From: Deltaproteobacteria bacterium
GTDB lineage: Bacteria > Desulfobacterota > Syntrophia > Syntrophales > UBA2210
Length of the DNA: 64,000 nucleotides
Direction of reading: 5' to 3'
Assembly (NCBI GenBank): GCA_016930775.1
Contig: JAFGGB010000087.1
Span: 405-64,404 of the forward strand
The notes below the pieces were generated by a model. That model saw only the letters and a list, made by a program, of their open reading frames with translations, did no database searches and was not told the origin of the DNA. Positions 58,844 through 64,000 of this stretch are shown here, one piece after another. Numbering within the stretch: position 1 is the first letter of the stretch; the number at the start of each line of letters is the position of its first letter. The position numbers and the translations under genes are program-made.

Positions 58844-58933
58844 AAAGAATCTCTTTCACTGTTGCCGGCATTGCTATGCCGAAGCGTTCAGGCGACGTAG
58901 CCGGCGTAGCGACCCAATCGAAGGGGAATTTCC

Positions 58934-60541
58934 ATGAATTTGCAGTTAATTGTTGGTCTTGCGGGAGGCCTGGGGCTCTTTCTCTTTGGCATGAAGCTCA
59001 TGAGCGAGGCCATGCGAAGCCTTTCTCTGGGAATTCTGAAACAATTACTCGAGAAAATAACTGCCAACAGAATCAAGGCAACCCTCGTAGGGACGGCCCT
59101 TACAGCGATCATTCAGAGTTCCAGCGCCACCTCGGTCATCCTCATCGGATTCATCAATGCGGGCCTTTTGTCTCTCCATCAAGCGCTTCCGGTCATTTTC
59201 GGCGCCAACATAGGCACCACCATAACGGCCCAACTGATCGCCTTCAAACTCACGAAATCGGCCCTTGTCTTTATTTTTATCGGCGCCATCGTTAATCTCT
59301 TTGCCAAAAAAGAAAAGAACAAGAACCGCGCTCTGGCAATCATCGGATTCGGGATACTCTTTCTGGGGCTTTCCGTTATGAGCGATGCCGTGAAGCCGCT
59401 GGCATCAAACGAAACGGTGGTTGAACTCTTTATCAAACTCGGACGCTACCCCCTTCTGGGCGTCCTTACAGGACTGATCGTCACGTCGATTATTCAAAGC
59501 AGCAGTACAACCGTGGGAATGGTCATTGCATTCGCTACGGCGGGCCTCCTGGATTTGCCGTCATCCATCTATCTTGTCATGGGAGACAATATAGGAACGT
59601 GCATCACGGCGATCCTGGCAAGCCTGGGCGGAAGAATAGCCAGCAAACGTCTTGCCGTCGGCCATGCCCTCTTCAACGTCATAGGGACCATGATTTTCTT
59701 TCCCCTCATTCCGCTCTACATCAGACTGGTTCCCCTTCTGTCTTCGGACATAGCGCGGCAGATCGCCAATACCCACACGATCTTCAACATTTTTAACACT
59801 GTTATACTTCTGCCGTTTGTTCCGCTATTTGTCCGAATCCTTACAAGACTGGCGCCCGGAGAAGATTATGAAAAGCGGGACACTCGATATCTGGACATCA
59901 ACCTTCTGGCCACTCCAGATACGGCGGTAAGAGCTGTTATTAAGCAGCTCTGCGTCATGGTTGAGATTTGTAAGGAAATGCTTGAAAAAGCTCAGAGTTG
60001 TATCGGTCAGTACAATCATAAGTTGAAAAACGAATTGACCATTGACGAAGATTCAATAGACGAGATGCAGAAAGATGTGACCGCCTACTTGGTGGAGCTG
60101 ACAAAGTGCCAGCTCTCCGACAAACGGCGGAGAATCATTCCCGCCCTTCTTCACAGCGTCAATGACCTGGAAAGAGTGGGCGATTATTGCGATGACATCG
60201 GACAGCTGGCCCAACGGCTCTACGAAAACAATCTGACCTTCTCGGATTCTGCTGCAGGGGAGTTGAATAAGATTTTTGAGAAGACGCAGCAAATCATAAA
60301 ATTTACTCACAAGGCCATGCGGAACGACGATCACGATGCCGCCCGCATCACCCTTTCCATAGAAAGGGAAGCTGATGAACTCATTGTGCAATACAAACTG
60401 AACCACCTCCGTCGTCTTGTGGAAGGCACCTGCATGGGTGATTCGGGACTCGTTTTTTCCGACATCCTGACGTACATGGGACGGCTTAACGATCATCTCT
60501 GCAATATTACCAAAGGGATTCTTCACATCGGCAAGAGATGA
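58934..60541 (+). CDS. Na/Pi cotransporter family protein with C-terminal PhoU-like domains
   Basis: GLGLFLFGMKLMSEAM, the duplicated IIQSSSATSVI and IIQSSSTTVGM repeats, and a C-terminal helical PhoU-like region (LERVGDYCDDI). Confidence 0.9.
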   Translation: MNLQLIVGLAGGLGLFLFGMKLMSEAMRSLSLGILKQLLEKITANRIKATLVGTALTAIIQSSSATSVILIGFINAGLLSLHQALPVIFGANIGTTITAQLIAFKLTKSALVFIFIGAIVNLFAKKEKNKNRALAIIGFGILFLGLSVMSDAVKPLASNETVVELFIKLGRYPLLGVLTGLIVTSIIQSSSTTVGMVIAFATAGLLDLPSSIYLVMGDNIGTCITAILASLGGRIASKRLAVGHALFNVIGTMIFFPLIPLYIRLVPLLSSDIARQIANTHTIFNIFNTVILLPFVPLFVRILTRLAPGEDYEKRDTRYLDINLLATPDTAVRAVIKQLCVMVEICKEMLEKAQSCIGQYNHKLKNELTIDEDSIDEMQKDVTAYLVELTKCQLSDKRRRIIPALLHSVNDLERVGDYCDDIGQLAQRLYENNLTFSDSAAGELNKIFEKTQQIIKFTHKAMRNDDHDAARITLSIEREADELIVQYKLNHLRRLVEGTCMGDSGLVFSDILTYMGRLNDHLCNITKGILHIGKR

Positions 60542-60686
60542 TCCTGCTGTTGAAAAGCATCAACAATGGAAGTGCGGGAAGGCGATTTGAAGGCCCTCAA
60601 AAAGGTGGGGAATGCCTGTTCGCGCTGAGTATTTTAATCGGTCGTTCATAGGTCGTCATGAACGAAGCGATAGAAGGCAGGCTCGT

Positions 60687-61844
60687 ATGGCATGTTTCAA
60701 TGTTCGATTGGGGCGATTCACGGAGTCAGTCATCAGAAGGATGACCAGAGTTGCCGATGAGTGCGGCGCCATCAATCTTTCCCAGGGATTTCCCGATTTT
60801 GATCCGCCGCTGGAACTGCGGCAGGCTTTGGCCGAGGTGGCCCTTAGGGGACCACATCAGTACGCTGTTACATGGGGAGCGTCGGCATTCCGAGAAGCTC
60901 TGGCGAAGAAACAGTCTCGATTTATGGGAATTCCCATAGATCCTGACAGCCACATCGTCGTTACATGCGGCAGCACCGAAGCAATGCTCGCAGCGATGAT
61001 GACAGTTTGCAATACCGGCGACGGCGTAATTGTCTTTTCGCCTTTTTATGAGAATTACGGCGCCGATGCCATTCTTTCAGGAGCTGAGCCTATATACGTT
61101 CCCCTCAGACCGCCATATTTCGAATTCGACCGGAAGGAATTGAAAAGAGCTTTCGATCGGAAGCCCAAGGCCATGGTGTTGTGCAATCCCTCGAATCCCT
61201 CAGGAAAGGTTTTCACGAAAGAAGAGCTGGAATATATTGCGGGACTTGCCAATGACTCCGGCGCCTTCATTATTACCGACGAGGTCTACGAGCATATCGT
61301 CTATCCACCGAACCGTCATACATACATGGCGTCGCTGCCGGACATGTTCGACCGGACCCTGTCCGTCGGTTCCCTGTCGAAGACCTATTCGATCACCGGT
61401 TGGCGGTTGGGATACATTATCGCCGCTTCCCCCATCATAGCGGAAGCGAGAAAAATTCATGATTTCGTAACGGTAGGCGCCGCGGCGCCCCTTCAGGAAG
61501 CTGCCGTCACCGCTCTTTCATTGCCTGATTCATATTACGGGGAATTGCTGGAGGGATATAGGGAGAGGAGAGATTTTTTCCTCCGTCATCTCGATCGGGC
61601 TGGATTGAAATATTATGTCCCCCAAGGGGCTTATTATGTCCTCGTTGATATTTCAGATTTCCGATGGAAGGACGACGTGGGCTTTTGCGAAAGGATGGCC
61701 CGGGAAGTCGGTGTGGCGGCCGTGCCTGGCTCCAGTTTCTTTCACGAACCGGTGAATCACCTGATTCGACTCCACTTTGCCAAAAGCATCGAGACGCTTA
61801 AAGAGGCGGGCGAGCGACTCGCTTTTTTGAGAGAAAAAATGTAA
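60687..61844 (+). CDS. class I/II pyridoxal-phosphate-dependent aminotransferase
   Basis: INLSQGFPDF, YENYGA, NPSNPSGKVF and the PLP-lysine motif SLSKTYSITGWRLGY. The start is moved to 60687. Confidence 0.88.
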   Translation: MACFNVRLGRFTESVIRRMTRVADECGAINLSQGFPDFDPPLELRQALAEVALRGPHQYAVTWGASAFREALAKKQSRFMGIPIDPDSHIVVTCGSTEAMLAAMMTVCNTGDGVIVFSPFYENYGADAILSGAEPIYVPLRPPYFEFDRKELKRAFDRKPKAMVLCNPSNPSGKVFTKEELEYIAGLANDSGAFIITDEVYEHIVYPPNRHTYMASLPDMFDRTLSVGSLSKTYSITGWRLGYIIAASPIIAEARKIHDFVTVGAAAPLQEAAVTALSLPDSYYGELLEGYRERRDFFLRHLDRAGLKYYVPQGAYYVLVDISDFRWKDDVGFCERMAREVGVAAVPGSSFFHEPVNHLIRLHFAKSIETLKEAGERLAFLREKM

Positions 61845-62034
61845 CGGGGTTCCTGGTCTGGTAGGTTTCGTCGTTACGGTGAGGTGGGTCAGCTTCGACA
61901 GATCTTCGTCAAGACAGTGCCGGTTTCTCGACCCGTTCAAGGCAAGAGGCGGACGAGATGAACCGGGAAAGACGCCGTTGATGGAAAGCGCGGCAAGATT
62001 CTTCCATAAGATAGATTGTCCGGGATAGTCATGG

Positions 62035-63069
62035 TCAGGTTATTCTAAGGACCTTCCCTCCGCGGATCTGTTTTCCTTTGAGCTCTCGAAGAGCCCTGTT
62101 CGCCTCGGCAAGAGGGAATTCGTCGAGTTCCGGCTTAATCGGAATCGATGCGGCCAAGGCCAGGAAGTCGTTGATGTCCCGCCTGGTAACGTTGGCAACC
62201 GTCTTGATTTCTTTTTCCATCCAGAGATGCCGTGAATAATCGAGAACGCTTAAAATGTTCCGATCGCTCGTTTCTTTGCGAATAGCATTGATTACAAGCC
62301 GGCCTCCGGGAGAGAGATGTTCGAGGGAGGCGATTACGGGCCTCCAGGCCGGCGTCGTGTCGATGATGGCCTGGAGAAGCTGCGGTGGAGAATCGGCTGT
62401 ATCGCCGGCCCAATGGGCGCCCAGGTCCATGGCGAAACGGCGCTCGCTCTCGTTCCTGGCAAAGACGTAAATATTCGACGAAGGGTAGATGTGACGCGCA
62501 GTCATCAGAACCAGGTGTCCAGAGGAGCCAAAACCAGTGAGTCCAAGCGGTTGACCGTCAACGATATTTGCGAGCCTGAGAGACCGGTATCCCACTGCCC
62601 CGGCGCACAGAAGAAGAGATGCCTCGCTGTCGCTGAAAATATCCGGAATGACATGGGCAAAGGCCTCAGGAACGGCTATGAACTCTCCATAGCCTCCATT
62701 AACGTCGCGGCCGGTAGCCGTGAAGGCGGCGCAGAGGTTTTCCAGACCTGAACGGCAGAAGTTGCAGCAGCCGCAGGTTTTGTATATCCAGCCGATGCCG
62801 ACACGGTCGCCTTGAGAGAACCGGGAGGTTTTCTTTCCAAGGGAGATTATGCGGCCCACCACCTGATGGCCTGGCACGATGGGGAGATGCGGAGGCGTAG
62901 TCCGGCCTTCAATTTCGTCGAGTTCGGTGTGACAGACGCCGCACACAGAGACGGCAACGAGGAGTTCGTCTTCGCCTGGTTCAGGATCTGGAATCTCGAC
63001 CTGCGCTAAGGGATCATGCCAAGAACGTATGTCAAGATTGCAGATATGGGAGAGTGTCATTGCGTTCAT
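62035..63069 (-). CDS. zinc-dependent alcohol dehydrogenase family protein
   Basis: Catalytic zinc site GVCHTELDEIEG...GHQVVG, structural zinc site CGCCNFCRSGLENLC, and a GLTGFGSSGH nucleotide-binding loop. The start is 63069 or 63060. Confidence 0.88.
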   Translation of the reverse strand: MNAMTLSHICNLDIRSWHDPLAQVEIPDPEPGEDELLVAVSVCGVCHTELDEIEGRTTPPHLPIVPGHQVVGRIISLGKKTSRFSQGDRVGIGWIYKTCGCCNFCRSGLENLCAAFTATGRDVNGGYGEFIAVPEAFAHVIPDIFSDSEASLLLCAGAVGYRSLRLANIVDGQPLGLTGFGSSGHLVLMTARHIYPSSNIYVFARNESERRFAMDLGAHWAGDTADSPPQLLQAIIDTTPAWRPVIASLEHLSPGGRLVINAIRKETSDRNILSVLDYSRHLWMEKEIKTVANVTRRDINDFLALAASIPIKPELDEFPLAEANRALRELKGKQIRGGKVLRIT

Positions 63070-63211
63070 TGAAGACTTTTCTCTATCGGGCTTTTTGACA
63101 ATGGAAGTCAAAAAACAGAACCGCGCACAGCGAATAGAGTCAGTTGCCATTCTACGGACTTATTTAAACACAGTTAAGGGCCAATGGCAAAGGATCTGAA
63201 TATGGAAGGGG

Positions 63212-63256
63212 GCTCGATTTATCCGGAGGTGTTGGCGTCCGCCGGATAAATCGAGC
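63212..63256. repeat. perfect 15-bp inverted repeat with 15-nt spacer
   Basis: GCTCGATTTATCCGG - N15 - CCGGATAAATCGAGC, in the intergenic region between the LuxR-type gene and the ADH gene. Confidence 0.85.
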
Positions 63257-63514
63257 TCAACGGGGAGGAGGGCTTTCGGAGATGAGAGTAGATGGCTATG
63301 CTGTGCCAGCGCCATCATTCATTGAAAGAACATCTTCCGTACCCGGAAAATAGAATGACAGATCTGTCAAAAAATTCAACGGTAAAGGATTATAGTATAA
63401 TATACAGGTAGTAACTGGCATATTTTTAGATATACGTCCGTAGCGAATCTGTGAGTCGACTTATCGGTGAAAAACACTGCATCTGATGAGAAAGCGATAA
63501 TAGACCTGTAAGTT

Positions 63515-64000
63515 TCATGAGATGGTCATTAGATAAGAAACAAGGTTCGTTTTTTTATGAGTGAGGCCGAGTTTTCGCCGAATGTTGCTCCTGTAAAATT
63601 CAACGGTATTGATCGATATGTTGCACAGGGCGGCGATTTCCTTGTTTGTCTTGGCATCCCGAACGAGCCCGGCCACCTGAATCTCCTTGGGTGTCAGATT
63701 AATGTAGGCAGACGAGAGTTTTCGCGAAAAAGGTGAAACTATATCGTTGAGATTCCCATCGATGATGTTCAGGCAGCTCAATTGTTCTTTGTCGAGCTTA
63801 GTGGTTCTAAGGTGTTCAATGTAGGGCATAACAAGGTCCCTCAGATTTGCGAGCATTTTATCTTCAAGGACCTTTCGGTCTTCATCCCGGTTTTTCAACA
63901 AAACGCGGAGCGTGGCATTTATTTCCTCCAACTCTCGAGATTTCCGCTTGAGCTCATCCGTCCGTTCTTGCAGGATGCTTTTCGGTTTGTTTGCAGCCTT
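63515..64000 (-). CDS. LuxR-family transcriptional regulator, C-terminal part (5' end beyond window)
   Basis: The C-terminal HTH reads LTPKEIQVAGLVRDAKTNKEIAALCNISINTVEFYRSNIRRKLGL. The frame stays open upstream of the track's TTG at 63931 all the way to position 64000 (AANKPKSILQERTDELKRKSRELEEINATL), so the gene is truncated by the window. Confidence 0.8.
   Translation of the reverse strand, partial: KAANKPKSILQERTDELKRKSRELEEINATLRVLLKNRDEDRKVLEDKMLANLRDLVMPYIEHLRTTKLDKEQLSCLNIIDGNLNDIVSPFSRKLSSAYINLTPKEIQVAGLVRDAKTNKEIAALCNISINTVEFYRSNIRRKLGLTHKKTNLVSYLMTIS

Overview
A 64-kb chromosomal segment, about 50-55% GC by eye. Its gene content fits a strictly anaerobic Deltaproteobacteria-type organism (syntroph or sulfate-reducer-like), but the taxon cannot be assigned from sequence alone. 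I support about 60 protein genes. I found no rRNA, tRNA, CRISPR, IS or prophage features.

The landmark is the replication-origin neighbourhood rsmG-parA-parB-dnaA-dnaN-gyrB-gyrA (33.2-43.3 kb). From there to 62 kb every gene is on the + strand.

Other modules, in order:
- panE (partial)
- a stand-alone EF-G paralog followed by a KaiC/RecA-like ATPase
- djlA, a PDO/thioredoxin-reductase-like pair and TerB/DUF2892 genes
- a decayed cysS remnant
- an MCP
- ppdK
- a substrate-binding-protein / Cache histidine kinase / sigma-54 response regulator operon
- the mercury-methylation pair hgcAB, preceded by a MarR::C_GCAxxG_C_C fusion gene
- a DEAD-box helicase
- an Mla-like operon whose ATPase gene is a P-loop-less fragment
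- hldD and trmJ
- archease-rtcB-trxB-fmdB-lgt
- an aryl-acid module: paaK, iorAB, a TRAP transporter, an alpha/beta hydrolase and a XylR-type sigma-54 activator
- a Na/Pi transporter, an aminotransferase, a Zn-ADH and a partial LuxR-type regulator

The observations I rank highest:
1. A 24-codon leader ORF with three Trp codons (LWRWWR), a strong terminator and a possible antiterminator, directly upstream of iorAB. This is a candidate Trp attenuator on an indolepyruvate oxidoreductase operon.
2. A CoA-disulfide-reductase/NADH-oxidase homolog with an in-frame TGA at the active-site Cys position, followed by a perfect 11-bp SECIS-like hairpin (candidate selenoprotein). The ORF track splits this gene.
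3. The hgcAB locus. A novel-looking Cys-rich MarR fusion sits upstream, and an in-frame TGA plus hairpin lies just before the hgcA start.
4. An MlaE-MlaD operon with only a degenerate, Walker-A-less MlaF fragment.

All calls come from reading the sequence and the ORF translations. No database searches were run.
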